This document shows positions 31,146 to 48,152 of a stretch of DNA of 64,000 nt, in pieces. How positions within the stretch are numbered: the stretch's first letter is position 1; each line of letters opens with the position of its first letter. The position numbers and the translations under genes were made by a program. The notes beneath the pieces were generated by a model. It was not told the origin of the DNA. It did not search any database and saw only the letters and a program-made list of their open reading frames with translations. Source of the stretch: the human T2T-CHM13v2.0 reference genome, Homo sapiens; the NCBI RefSeq assembly GCF_009914755.1, contig NC_060927.1. The stretch is one strand, 5' to 3'.

Positions 31146-34100
31146 GTGTACAAAAAATATCAAAGTACCCAAAGCATGTATTATATACCGTACATAAAAT
31201 ATAAAATTACATCAAATATATATTTTATTCTGTACATAAAATATCAAAGTACACCAGATATATATACTATAGTGTACATAAAATATCAAAGTACCCAAAC
31301 TATACATTATACACTGTACATAAAATATGAAATTACATCAAATATATATTAGGTACATAAAATATGAAAGTACATCAAATATAGATTATATACTGTAAAT
31401 ATAATATCAATGTACCCCAAATATATATTTTATACTCTACATGAAATATCAAAGTTCACAAACCATATATTATATACTGTATATAAAATATCAAAGTACC
31501 CAAGGTATATATTCTATACTGTGCAAAAAATATCAAAGTACCCAAAGCATGTATTATATACTGTATATAAAATATGAAAGTACATCAAATATATATTTTA
31601 TTCTGTACATAAAATGTCAAAGTACACCAGATATATATCCTATAGTGTACATAAAATATCAAAGTACCCAAACTATACATTATATACTGTACATAAAATA
31701 TGAAATTACATCAAATATATATTAAGTACATAAAATATGAAAGTACATCAAATATAGATTATATAGTGTACATAAAATATCAATGTACACCAAATATATA
31801 TTATATACTCTACATGAAATATCAAAGTTCACAAACTATATATTATATACTGTCCATAAAATATCAAAGTACCCAAGGTATATATTTTATACTGTACAAA
31901 AAATATCAAAGTACCCAAAGCATGTATTATATACTATACCTAAAATATGAAAGTACATCAATTATATATTTTATTCTGTACATAAAATATCAAAGTACAC
32001 CAGATATATATTCTACAGTGTATATAAAATATCAAAGTACCCAAACTATACATTATATACTGTACATAAAATATGAAATTACATCAAATATATATTATAT
32101 TAGGTATATAAAATATGAAAGTACATGAAGTATAGATTATATACTGTACATAAAATATCAAAGTACCCCAAATTTATATTATATACTATACATGAAATAT
32201 CAAAGTTCACAAACTATATATTATATACTGTACATAAAATATCAAAGTACCCAAGGTATATATTCTATAGTGTACAAAAAATATCAAAGTACCCAAAGCA
32301 TATATTATATACCGTACGTAAAATATAAAATTACATCAAATATATATTTTATTCTGTACATAAAATATCAAAGTACACCAGATATATATACTATAGTGTA
32401 CATAAAATATCAAAGTACCCAAACTATACATTATACACTGCACATAAAATATGAAATTACATCAAATATATATTAGGTACGTAAAATATGAAAGTACATC
32501 AAATATAGATTATATACTGTAAATATAATATCAATGTACCCCAAATATATATTTTATACTCTACATGAAATATCAAAGTTCACAAACCATATATTATATA
32601 CTGTAAATAAAATATCAAAGTACCCAAGGTATATATTCTATACTGTACAAAAAATATCAAAGTACCCAAAGCATGTATTATATACTGTACATAAAATATG
32701 AAAGTACATCAAATATATATTTTATTCTGTACATAAAATATCAAAGTACACCAGATATATATTCTATAGTGTACATAAAATAACAAAGTACACAAACTAT
32801 AAATTATATCCTGTACATAAAATATGAAATTACATCAAATATATATTAGGTACATAAAATATGAAAGTACATCAAATATAGATTATATACTGTACATTAA
32901 GTACCAAAGTACACCAAATATATATTTTATTCTGTACATAAAATATCAAAGTACACCAGATATATATTCTATAGTGTACATAAAATATCAAAGTACCCAA
33001 ACTATACATTATATACTGTACATAAAATATGAAATTACAGCAAATATATATTATATTAGGTAAATGAAATATGAAAGTACATCAAATATAGATTATATAC
33101 TGTACATAAAATATGAAAGTACCCCAAATATATATTATATACTCTACATGAAATATCAAAGTTCACAAACTATATATTATATACTGTACATAAAATACCA
33201 AAGTACCCAAGGTATATATTCTATACTGTACAAAAAATATCAAAGTATCCAAAGCATGTATTATATACTGTATATAAAATATGAAAGTACATCAAATATA
33301 TATTTTATTCTGTACATAAAATATCAAAGTACACCAGATATATATTCTATAGTGTACATAAAATATCAAAGTACCCAAACTATACATTATATACTGTACA
33401 TAAAATATGAAATTACAGCAAATATATATTATATTAGGTACATAAAATATGAAAGTACATCAAATATAGATTATATACTCTACATTAAATACCAAAGTAC
33501 CCCAAATATATATTTTATACTGTACATGAAATATCAAAGTTCACAAACTATATATTATATACTGTACATAAAATATCAATGTACCCAAGGTATATATTCT
33601 ATACTGCACAAAAAATATCAAAGTACCCAAAGCATGTATTATATACTGTATATAAAATAGGAAAGTACATCAAATATATATTTTATTCTGTACATAAAAT
33701 ATCAAAGTACACCAGATATATATTCTATAGTGTACATAAAATATCAAAGTACCCAAACTATACATTATATACTGTACATAAAATATGAAATTACATCAAA
33801 TACATATTATATTAGGTACATAAAATACGAAAGTACATCAAATATAGATTATATACTGTACATAAAATATGAAAGTACCCCAATATATATTATATACTCT
33901 ACATGAAATATCAAAGTTCACAAACTATATATTATGTACTGTACATAAAATATCAAACTACCCAAGGTATATATTCTATACTGTACAAAAAATATCAAAG
34001 TACCCAAAGCATGTATTATATAATGTACATAAAATATGAAAGTACATCAAATATATATTTTATTCTGTACATAAAATATCAAAGAACACCAGATATATAT

Positions 34101-36810
34101 TCTATAGTGTACATAAAATATCAAAGTACCCAAACTATACATTATATACTGTACATAAAATATGAAATTACATCAAATATATATTATATTAGGTACATAA
34201 AATATGAAAGTACATCAAATATAGATTATATACTGTAAATATAATATCAATGTACCCCAAATATATATTTTATACTCTACATGAAATATCAAAGTTCACA
34301 AACCATATATTATATACTGTACATAAAATATCAAAGTACCCAAGGTATATATTCTATACTGTACAAAAAATATCAAAGTACCCAAAGCATGTATTATATA
34401 CTATACCTAAAATATGAAAGTACATCAAATATATATTTTATTCTGTACATAAAATATCAAAGTACACCAGATATATATTCTACAGTGTACATAAAATATC
34501 AAAGTACCCAAACTATACATTATATACTGTACATAAAATATGAAATTACATCAAATATATATTATATTAGGTACATAAAATACGAAAGTACATCAAATAT
34601 AGATTATATACTGTACATAAAATATCAAAGTACCCCAATATATATTATATACTGTACATGAAATATCAAAGTTCACAAACTATATATTATGTACTGTACA
34701 TAAAATATCAAAGTACCCAAGGTATATATTCTATACTGTACAAAAAATATCAAAGTACCCAAAGCATGTATTATATAATGTACATAAAATATGAAAGTAC
34801 ATCAAATATATATTTTATTCTGTACATAAAATATCAAAGTACACCAGATATATATTCTATAGCGTACATAAAATATCAAAGTACACAAACTATACATTAT
34901 ATACTGTACATAAAATATGAAATTACATCAAATATATATTATATTAGGTAAATGAAATATGAAAGTACATCAAATATAGATTATATACTGTACATAAAAT
35001 ATGAAAGTACCCCAAATATATATTATATACTCTACATGAAATATCAAAGTTCACAAACTATATATTATATACTGTACATAAAATATCAAAGTACCCAAGG
35101 TATATATTCTATACTGTACAAAAAATATCAAAGTATCCAAAGCATGTATTATATACTGTATATAAAATATGAAAGTACATCAAATATATATTTTATTCTG
35201 TACATAAAATATCAAAGTACACCAGATATATATTCTATAGCGTACATAAAATATCAAAGTACACAAACTATACATTATATACTGTACATAAAATATGAAA
35301 TTACATCAAATATATATTATATTAGGTACATAAAATATGAAAGTACATCAAATATAGATTATATACTGTAAATATAATATCAATGTACCCCAAATATATA
35401 TTTTATACTCTACATGAAATATCAAAGTTCACAAACCATATATTATATACTGTACATAAAATATCAAAGTACCCAAGGTATATATTCTATACTGTACAAA
35501 AAATATCAAAGTACCCAAAGCATGTATTATATACTGTACATAAAATATGAAAGTACATCAAATATATATTTTATTCTGTACATAAAATATCAAAGTACAC
35601 CAGATATATATTCTATAGTGTACATAAAATATCAAAGTACCCAAACTATACATTATATACTGTACATAAAATATGAAATTACATCAAATATATATTATAT
35701 TAGGTAAATGAAATATGAAAGTACATCAAATATAGATTATATACTGTACATAAAATATGAAAGTACCCCAAATATATATTATATACTCTACATGAAATAT
35801 CAAAGTTCACAAACTATATATTATATACTGTACATAAAATATCAAAGTACCCAAGGTATATATTCTATACTGTACAAAAAATATCAAAGTATCCAAAGCA
35901 TGTATTATATACTGTATATAAAATATGAAAGTACATCAAATATATATTTTATTCTGTACATAAAATATCAAAGTACACCAGATATATATTCTATAGTGTA
36001 CATAAAATATCAAAGTACCCAAACTATACATTATATACTGTACATAAAATATGAAATTACAGCAAATATATATTATATTAGGTACATAAAATATGAAAGT
36101 ACATCAAATATAGATTATATACTCTACATTAAATACCAAAGTACCCCAAATATATATTTTATACTGTACATGAAATATCAAAGTTCACAAACTATATATT
36201 ATATACTGTACATAAAATATCAATGTACCCAAGGTATATATTCTATACTGCACAAAAAATATCAAAGTACCCAAAGCATGTATTATATACTGTATATAAA
36301 ATATGAAAGTACATCAAATATATATTTTATTCTGTACATAAAATATCAAAGTACACCAGATATATATTCTATAGTGTACATAAAATATCAAAGTACCCAA
36401 ACTATACATTATATACTGTACATAAAATATGAAATTACATCAAATATATATTATATTAGGTACATAAAATACGAAAGTACATCAAATATAGATTATATAC
36501 TGTACATAAAATATGAAAGTACCCCAATATATATTATATACTCTACATGAAATATCAAAGTTCACAAACTATATATTATGTACTGTACATAAAATATCAA
36601 ACTACCCAAGGTATATATTCTATACTGTACAAAAAATATCAAAGTACCCAAAGCATGTATTATATAATGTACATAAAATATGAAAGTACATCAAATATAT
36701 ATTTTATTCTGTACATAAAATATCAAAGAACACCAGATATATATTCTATAGTGTACATAAAATATCAAAGTACCCAAACTATACATTATATACTGTACAT
36801 AAAATATGAA
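31146..36810 (+). repeat. More diverged homolog of about 6702-12370 (offset 24444-24445)
   Basis: ORF pairs 6997/31441, 7256/31700, 7681/32125, 8380/32824, 9837/34281, 10508/34952, 11264/35708, 12102/36547; scattered substitutions between copies. Confidence 0.9.
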
Positions 36811-39800
36811 ATTACATCATATATATATTAGGTACATAAAATATGAAAGTACATCAAATATATATTTTATTCTGTACATAAAATATCAAAGTACACCAGA
36901 TATATATTCTATAGTGTACATAAAATAACAAAGTACACAAACTATAAAATATATACTGTACATAAAATATGAAATTACATCAAATATATATTAGGTACAT
37001 AAAATATGAAAGTACATCAAATATAGATTATATACTGTACATATAATATCAATGTACCCGAAATATATATTTTATACTCTACATGAAATATCAAAGTTCA
37101 CAAACCATATATTGTATACTGCACATAAAATATCAAAATACACAAGGTATATATTCTATACTGTACAAAAAATATCAAAGTACCCAAAGCAGGTATTATA
37201 TACTGTATATAAAATATGAAAGTACATCAAATATATATTTTATTCTGTACATAAAATATCAAAGTACACCAGATATATATTCTATAGTGTACATAAAATA
37301 TAAAGGTACCCAAACTATATATTATATACTGTACATAAAATATGAAATTACAGCAAATATATATTATATTAGGTACATAAAATATGAAAGTACATCAAAT
37401 ATAGATTATATACTGTACATTAAATACCAAAGTACCCCAAATATATATTTTATACTGTACATGAAATATCAAAGTTCACAAACTATATATTATATACTGT
37501 ACATAAAATATCAATGTACCCAAGGTATATATTCTATACTGCACAAAAAATATCAAAGTACCCAAAGCATGTATTATATACTGTATATAAAATATGAAAG
37601 TACATCAAATATATATTTTATTCTGTACATAAAATATCAAAGTACACCAGATATATATTCTATAGCGTACATAAAATATCAAAGCACACAAACTATACAT
37701 TATATACTGTACATAAAATATGAAATTACATCAAATATATATTATATTAGGTACATAAAATATGAAAGTACATCAAATATAGATTATATACTGTAAATAT
37801 AATATCAATGTACCCCAAATATATATTTTATACTCTACATGAAATATCAAAGTTCACAAACCATATATTATATACTGTACATAAAATATCAAAGTACCCA
37901 AGGTATATATTCTATACTGTACAAAAAATATCAAAGTACCCAAAGCATGTATTATATACTGTACATAAAATATGAAAGTACATCAAATTTATATTTTATT
38001 CTGTACATAAAATATCAAAGTACACCAGATATATATTCTATAGTGTACATAAAATATCAAAGTACCCAAACTATACATTATATACTGTACATAAAATATG
38101 AAATTACATCAAATATATATTATATTAGGTAAATGAAATATGAAAGTACATCAAATATAGATTATATACTGTACATAAAATATGAAAGTACCCCAAATAT
38201 ATATTATATACTCTACATGAAATATCAAAGTTCACAAACTATATATTATGTACTGTACATAAAATATCAAAGTACCCAAGGTATATATTCTATACTGTAC
38301 AAAAAATATCAAAGTATCCAAAGCATGTATTATATACTGTATATAAAATATGAAAGTACATCAAATATATATTTTATTCTGTACATAAAATATCAAAGTA
38401 CACCAGATATATATTCTATAGTGTACATAAAATATCAAAGTACCCAAACTATACATTATATACTGTACATAAAATATGAAATTACAGCAAATATATATTA
38501 TATTAGGTACATAAAATATGAAAGTACATCAAATATAGATTATATACTCTACATTAAATACCAAAGTACCCCAAATATATATTTTATACTGTACATGAAA
38601 TATCAAAGTTCACAAACTATATATTATATACTGTACATAAAATATCAATGTACCCAAGGTATATATTCTATACTGCACAAAAAATATCAAAGTACCCAAA
38701 GCATGTATTATATACTGTATATAAAATATGAAAGTACATCAAATATATATTTTATTCTGTACATAAAATATCAAAGTACACCAGATATATATTCTATAGT
38801 GTACATAAAATATCAAAGTACCCAAACTATACATTATATACTGTACATAAAATATGAAATTACATCAAATATATATTATATTAGGTACATAAAATACGAA
38901 AGTACATCAAATATAGATTATATACTGTACATAAAATATGAAAGTACCCCAATATATATTATATACTCTACATGAAATATCAAAGTTCACAAACTATATA
39001 TTATGTACTGTACATAAAATATCAAACTACCCAAGGTATATATTCTATACTGTACAAAAAATATCAAAGTACCCAAAGCATGTATTATATAATGTACATA
39101 AAATATGAAAGTACATCAAATATATATTTTATTCTGTACATAAAATATCAAAGAACACCAGATATATATTCTATAGTGTACATAAAATATCAAAGTACCC
39201 AAACTATACATTATATACTGTACATAAAATATGAAATTACAGCAAATATATATTATATTAGGTACATAAAATATGAAAGTACATCAAATATAGATTATAT
39301 ACTGTACATTAAATACCAAAGTACCCCAAATATATATTTTATACTGTACATGAAATATCAAAGTTCACAAACTATATATTATATACTGTACATAAAATAT
39401 CAATGTACCCAAGGTATATATTCTATACTGCACAAAAAATATCAAAGTACCCAAAGCATGTATTATATACTGTATATAAAATATGAAAGTACATCAAATA
39501 TATATTTTATTCTGTACATAAAATATCAAAGTACACCAGATATATATTCTATAGTGTACATAAAATAACAAAGTACACAAACTATAAATTATATCCTGTA
39601 CATAAAATATGAAATTACATCAAATATATATTAGGTACATAAAATATGAAAGTACATCAAATATAGATTATATACTGTACATTAAGTACCAAAGTACACC
39701 AAATATATATTTTATTCTGTACATAAAATATCAAAGTACACCAGATATATATTCTATAGTGTACATAAAATATCAAAGTACCCAAACTATACATTATATA

Positions 39801-42013
39801 CTGTACATAAAATATGAAATTACATCAAATATATATTATATTAGGGAAATGAAATATGAAAGTACAACAAATATAGATTATATACTGTACATAAAATATG
39901 AAAGTACCCCAAATATATATTATATACTCTACATGAAATATCAAAGTTCACAAACTACATATTATATACTGTACATAAAATATCAAAGTACCCAAGGTAT
40001 ATATTCTATACTGTACAAAAAATATCAAAGTATCCAAAGCATGTATTATATACTGTATATAAAATATGAAAGTACATCAAATATATATTTTATTCTGTAC
40101 ATAAAATATCAAAGTACACCAGATATATATTCTATAGTGTACATAAAATATCAAAGTACCCAAACTATACATTATATACTGTACATAAAATATGAAATTA
40201 CAGCAAATATATATTATATTAGGTACATAAAATATGAAAGTACATCAAATATAGATTATATACTCTACATTAAATACCAAAGTACCCCAAATATATATTT
40301 TATACTGTACATGAAATATCAAAGTTCACAAACTATATATTATATACTGTACATAAAATATCAATGTACCCAAGGTATATATTCTATACTGCACAAAAAA
40401 TATCAAAGTACCCAAAGCATGTATTATATACTGTATATAAAATATGAAAGTACATCAAATATATATTTTATTCTGTACATAAAATATCAAAGTACACCAG
40501 ATATATATTCTATAGTGTACATAAAATATCAAAGTACCCAAACTATACATTATATACTGTACATAAAATATGAAATTACATCAAATATATATTATATTAG
40601 GTACATAAAATACGAAAGTACATCAAATATAGATTATATACTGTACATAAAATATGAAAGTACCCCAATATATATTATATACTCTACATGAAATATCAAA
40701 GTTCACAAACTATATATTATGTACTGTACATAAAATATCAAACTACCCAAGGTATATATTCTATACTGTACAAAAAATATCAAAGTACCCAAAGCATGTA
40801 TTATATAATGTACATAAAATATGAAAGTACATCAAATATATATTTTATTCTGTACATAAAATATCAAAGAACACCAGATATATATTCTATAGTGTACATA
40901 AAATATCAAAGTACCCAAACTATACATTATATACTGTACATAAAATATGAAATTACATCATATATATATTAGGTACATAAAATATGAAAGTACATCAAAT
41001 ATATATTTTATTCTGTACATAAAATATCAAAGTACACCAGATATATATTCTATAGTGTACATAAAATAACAAAGTACACAAACTATAAAATATATACTGT
41101 ACATAAAATATGAAATTACATCAAATATATATTAGGTACATAAAATATGAAAGTACATCAAATATAGATTATATACTGTACATATAATATCAATGTACCC
41201 GAAATATATATTTTATACTCTACATGAAATATCAAAGTTCACAAACCATATATTGTATACTGCACATAAAATATCAAAATACACAAGGTATATATTCTAT
41301 ACTGTACAAAAAATATCAAAGTACCCAAAGCAGGTATTATATACTGTATATAAAATATGAAAGTACATCAAATATATATTTTATTCTGTACATAAAATAT
41401 CAAAGTACACCAGATATATATTCTATAGTGTACATAAAATATAAAGGTACCCAAACTATATATTATATACTGTACATAAAATATGAAATTACAGCAAATA
41501 TATATTATATTAGGTACATAAAATATGAAAGTACATCAAATATAGATTATATACTGTACATTAAATACCAAAGTACCCCAAATATATATTTTATACTGTA
41601 CATGAAATATCAAAGTTCACAAACTATATATTATATACTGTACATAAAATATCAATGTACCCAAGGTATATATTCTATACTGCACAAAAAATATCAAAGT
41701 ACCCAAAGCATGTATTATATACTGTATATAAAATATGAAAGTACATCAAATATATATTTTATTCTGTACATAAAATATCAAAGTACACCAGATATATATT
41801 CTATAGCGTACATAAAATATCAAAGCACACAAACTATACATTATATACTGTACATAAAATATGAAATTACATCAAATATATATTATATTAGGTACATAAA
41901 ATATGAAAGTACATCAAATATAGATTATATACTGTAAATATAATATCAATGTACCCCAAATATATATTTTATACTCTACATGAAATATCAAAGTTCACAA
42001 ACCATATATTATA

Positions 42014-45000
42014 TACTGTACATAAAATATCAAAGTACCCAAGGTATATATTCTATACTGTACAAAAAATATCAAAGTATCCAAAGCATGTATTATATAC
42101 TGTATATAAAATATGAAAGTACATCAAATATATATTTTATTCTGTACATAAAATATCAAAGTACACCAGATATATATTCTATAGTGTACATAAAATATCA
42201 AAGTACCCAAACTATACATTATATACTGTACATAAAATATGAAATTACAGCAAATATATATTATATTAGGTACATAAAATATGAAAGTACATCAAATATA
42301 GATTATATACTCTACATTAAATACCAAAGTACCCCAAATATATATTTTATACTGTACATGAAATATCAAAGTTCACAAACTATATATTATATACTGTACA
42401 TAAAATATCAATGTACCCAAGGTATATATTCTATACTGCACAAAAAATATCAAAGTACCCAAAGCATGTATTATATACTGTATATAAAATATGAAAGTAC
42501 ATCAAATATATATTTTATTCTGTACATAAAATATCAAAGTACACCAGATATATATTCTATAGTGTACATAAAATATCAAAGTACCCAAACTATACATTAT
42601 ATACTGTACATAAAATATGAAATTACATCAAATATATATTATATTAGGTACATAAAATACGAAAGTACATCAAATATAGATTATATACTGTACATAAAAT
42701 ATGAAAGTACCCCAATATATATTATATACTCTACATGAAATATCAAAGTTCACAAACTATATATTATGTACTGTACATAAAATATCAAACTACCCAAGGT
42801 ATATATTCTATACTGTACAAAAAATATCAAAGTACCCAAAGCATGTATTATATAATGTACATAAAATATGAAAGTACATCAAATATATATTTTATTCTGT
42901 ACATAAAATATCAAAGAACACCAGATATATATTCTATAGTGTACATAAAATATCAAAGTACCCAAACTATACATTATATACTGTACATAAAATATGAAAT
43001 TACAGCAAATATATATTATATTAGGTACATAAAATATGAAAGTACATCAAATATAGATTATATACTGTACATTAAATACCAAAGTACCCCAAATATATAT
43101 TTTATACTGTACATGAAATATCAAAGTTCACAAACTATATATTATATACTGTACATAAAATATCAATGTACCCAAGGTATATATTCTATACTGCACAAAA
43201 AATATCAAAGTACCCAAAGCATGTATTATATACTGTATATAAAATATGAAAGTACATCAAATATATATTTTATTCTGTACATAAAATATCAAAGTACACC
43301 AGATATATATTCTATAGTGTACATAAAATAACAAAGTACACAAACTATAAATTATATCCTGTACATAAAATATGAAATTACATCAAATATATATTAGGTA
43401 CATAAAATATGAAAGTACATCAAATATAGATTATATACTGTACATTAAGTACCAAAGTACACCAAATATATATTTTATTCTGTACATAAAATATCAAAGT
43501 ACACCAGATATATATTCTATAGTGTACATAAAATATCAAAGTACCCAAACTATACATTATATACTGTACATAAAATATGAAATTACATCAAATATATATT
43601 ATATTAGGTAAATGAAATATGAAAGTACAACAAATATAGATTATATACTGTACATAAAATATGAAAGTACCCCAAATATATATTATATACTCTACATGAA
43701 ATATCAAAGTTCACAAACTATATATTATGTACTGTACATAAAATATCAAAGTACCCAAGGTATATATTCTATACTGTACAAAAAATATCAAAGTATCCAA
43801 AGCATGTATTATATACTGTATATAAAATATGAAAGTACATCAAATATATATTTTATTCTGTACATAAAATATCAAAGTACACCAGATATATATTCTATAG
43901 TGTACATAAAATATCAAAGTACCCAAACTATACATTATATACTGTACATAAAATATGAAATTACAGCAAATATATATTATATTAGGTACATAAAATATGA
44001 AAGTACATCAAATATAGATTATATACTCTACATTAAATACCAAAGTACCCCAAATATATATTTTATACTGTACATGAAATATCAAAGTTCACAAACTATA
44101 TATTATATACTGTACATAAAATATCAATGTACCCAAGGTATATATTCTATACTGCACAAAAAATATCAAAGTACCCAAAGCATGTATTATATACTGTATA
44201 TAAAATATGAAAGTACATCAAATATATATTTTATTCTGTACATAAAATATCAAAGTACACCAGATATATATTCTATAGTGTACATAAAATATCAAAGTAC
44301 CCAAACTATACATTATATACTGTACATAAAATATGAAATTACATCAAATATATATTATATTAGGTACATAAAATACGAAAGTACATCAAATATAGATTAT
44401 ATACTGTACATAAAATATGAAAGTACCCCAATATATATTATATACTCTACATGAAATATCAAAGTTCACAAACTATATATTATGTACTGTACATAAAATA
44501 TCAAACTACCCAAGGTATATATTCTATACTGTACAAAAAATATCAAAGTACCCAAAGCATGTATTATATAATGTACATAAAATATGAAAGTACATCAAAT
44601 ATATATTTTATTCTGTACATAAAATATCAAAGAACACCAGATATATATTCTATAGTGTACATAAAATATCAAAGTACCCAAACTATACATTATATACTGT
44701 ACATAAAATATGAAATTACAGCAAATATATATTATATTAGGTACATAAAATATGAAAGTACATCAAATATAGATTATATACTGTACATTAAATACCAAAG
44801 TACCCCAAATATATATTTTATACTGTACATGAAATATCAAAGTTCACAAACTATATATTATATACTGTACATAAAATATCAATGTACCCAAGGTATATAT
44901 TCTATACTGCACAAAAAATATCAAAGTACCCAAAGCATGTATTATATACTGTATATAAAATATGAAAGTACATCAAATATATATTTTATTCTGTACATAA

Positions 45001-48000
45001 AATATCAAAGTACACCAGATATATATTCTATAGTGTACATAAAATAACAAAGTACACAAACTATAAATTATATCCTGTACATAAAATATGAAATTACATC
45101 AAATATATATTAGGTACATAAAATATGAAAGTACATCAAATATAGATTATATACTGTACATTAAGTACCAAAGTACACCAAATATATATTTTATTCTGTA
45201 CATAAAATATCAAAGTACACCAGATATATATTCTATAGTGTACATAAAATATCAAAGTACCCAAACTATACATTATATACTGTACATAAAATATGAAATT
45301 ACATCAAATATATATTATATTAGGTAAATGAAATATGAAAGTACAACAAATATAGATTATATACTGTACATAAAATATGAAAGTACCCCAAATATATATT
45401 ATATACTCTACATGAAATATCAAAGTTCACAAACTATATATTATGTACTGTACATAAAATATCAAAGTACCCAAGGTATATATTCTATACTGTACAAAAA
45501 ATATCAAAGTATCCAAAGCATGTATTATATACTGTATATAAAATATGAAAGTACATCAAATATATATTTTATTCTGTACATAAAATATCAAAGTACACCA
45601 GATATATATTCTATAGTGTACATAAAATATCAAAGTACCCAAACTATACATTATATACTGTACATAAAATATGAAATTACAGCAAATATATATTATATTA
45701 GGTACATAAAATATGAAAGTACATCAAATATAGATTATATACTCTACATTAAATACCAAAGTACCCCAAATATATATTTTATACTGTACATGAAATATCA
45801 AAGTTCACAAACTATATATTATATACTGTACATAAAATATCAATGTACCCAAGGTATATATTCTATACTGCACAAAAAATATCAAAGTACCCAAAGCATG
45901 TATTATATACTGTATATAAAATATGAAAGTACATCAAATATATATTTTATTCTGTACATAAAATATCAAAGTACACCAGATATATATTCTATAGTGTACA
46001 TAAAATATCAAAGTACCCAAACTATACATTATATACTGTACATAAAATATGAAATTACATCAAATATATATTATATTAGGTACATAAAATACGAAAGTAC
46101 ATCAAATATAGATTATATACTGTACATAAAATATGAAAGTACCCCAATATATATTATATACTCTACATGAAATATCAAAGTTCACAAACTATATATTATG
46201 TACTGTACATAAAATATCAAACTACCCAAGGTATATATTCTATACTGTACAAAAAATATCAAAGTACCCAAAGCATGTATTATATAATGTACATAAAATA
46301 TGAAAGTACATCAAATATATATTTTATTCTGTACATAAAATATCAAAGAACACCAGATATATATTCTATAGTGTACATAAAATATCAAAGTACCCAAACT
46401 ATACATTATATACTGTACATAAAATATGAAATTACAGCAAATATATATTATATTAGGTACATAAAATATGAAAGTACATCAAATATAGATTATATACTGT
46501 ACATTAAATACCAAAGTACCCCAAATATATATTTTATACTGTACATGAAATATCAAAGTTCACAAACTATATATTATATACTGTACATAAAATATCAATG
46601 TACCCAAGGTATATATTCTATACTGCACAAAAAATATCAAAGTACCCAAAGCATGTATTATATACTGTATATAAAATATGAAAGTACATCAAATATATAT
46701 TTTATTCTGTACATAAAATATCAAAGTACACCAGATATATATTCTATAGTGTACATAAAATAACAAAGTACACAAACTATAAATTATATCCTGTACATAA
46801 AATATGAAATTACATCAAATATATATTAGGTACATAAAATATGAAAGTACATCAAATATAGATTATATACTGTACATTAAGTACCAAAGTACACCAAATA
46901 TATATTTTATTCTGTACATAAAATATCAAAGTACACCAGATATATATTCTATAGTGTACATAAAATATCAAAGTACCCAAACTATACATTATATACTGTA
47001 CATAAAATATGAAATTACATCAAATATATATTATATTAGGGAAATGAAATATGAAAGTACAACAAATATAGATTATATACTGTACATAAAATATGAAAGT
47101 ACCCCAAATATATATTATATACTCTACATGAAATATCAAAGTTCACAAACTACATATTATATACTGTACATAAAATATCAAAGTACCCAAGGTATATATT
47201 CTATACTGTACAAAAAATATCAAAGTATCCAAAGCATGTATTATATACTGTATATAAAATATGAAAGTACATCAAATATATATTTTATTCTGTACATAAA
47301 ATATCAAAGTACACCAGATATATATTCTATAGTGTACATAAAATATCAAAGTACCCAAACTATACATTATATACTGTACATAAAATATGAAATTACAGCA
47401 AATATATATTATATTAGGTACATAAAATATGAAAGTACATCAAATATAGATTATATACTCTACATTAAATACCAAAGTACCCCAAATATATATTTTATAC
47501 TGTACATGAAATATCAAAGTTCACAAACTATATATTATATACTGTACATAAAATATCAATGTACCCAAGGTATATATTCTATACTGCACAAAAAATATCA
47601 AAGTACCCAAAGCATGTATTATATACTGTATATAAAATATGAAAGTACATCAAATATATATTTTATTCTGTACATAAAATATCAAAGTACACCAGATATA
47701 TATTCTATAGTGTACATAAAATATCAAAGTACCCAAACTATACATTATATACTGTACATAAAATATGAAATTACATCAAATATATATTATATTAGGTACA
47801 TAAAATACGAAAGTACATCAAATATAGATTATATACTGTACATAAAATATGAAAGTACCCCAATATATATTATATACTCTACATGAAATATCAAAGTTCA
47901 CAAACTATATATTATGTACTGTACATAAAATATCAAACTACCCAAGGTATATATTCTATACTGTACAAAAAATATCAAAGTACCCAAAGCATGTATTATA

Positions 48001-48152
48001 TAATGTACATAAAATATGAAAGTACATCAAATATATATTTTATTCTGTACATAAAATATCAAAGAACACCAGATATATATTCTATAGTGTACATAAAATA
48101 TCAAAGTACCCAAACTATACATTATATACTGTACATAAAATATGAAATTACA
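42014..48152 (+). repeat. 1716-bp (41-monomer) tandem super-HOR, about 3.6 copies
   Basis: ORF starts 42735/44451/46167/47883 and 43372/45088/46804; 1716 = 378+583+378+377. Confidence 0.94.
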
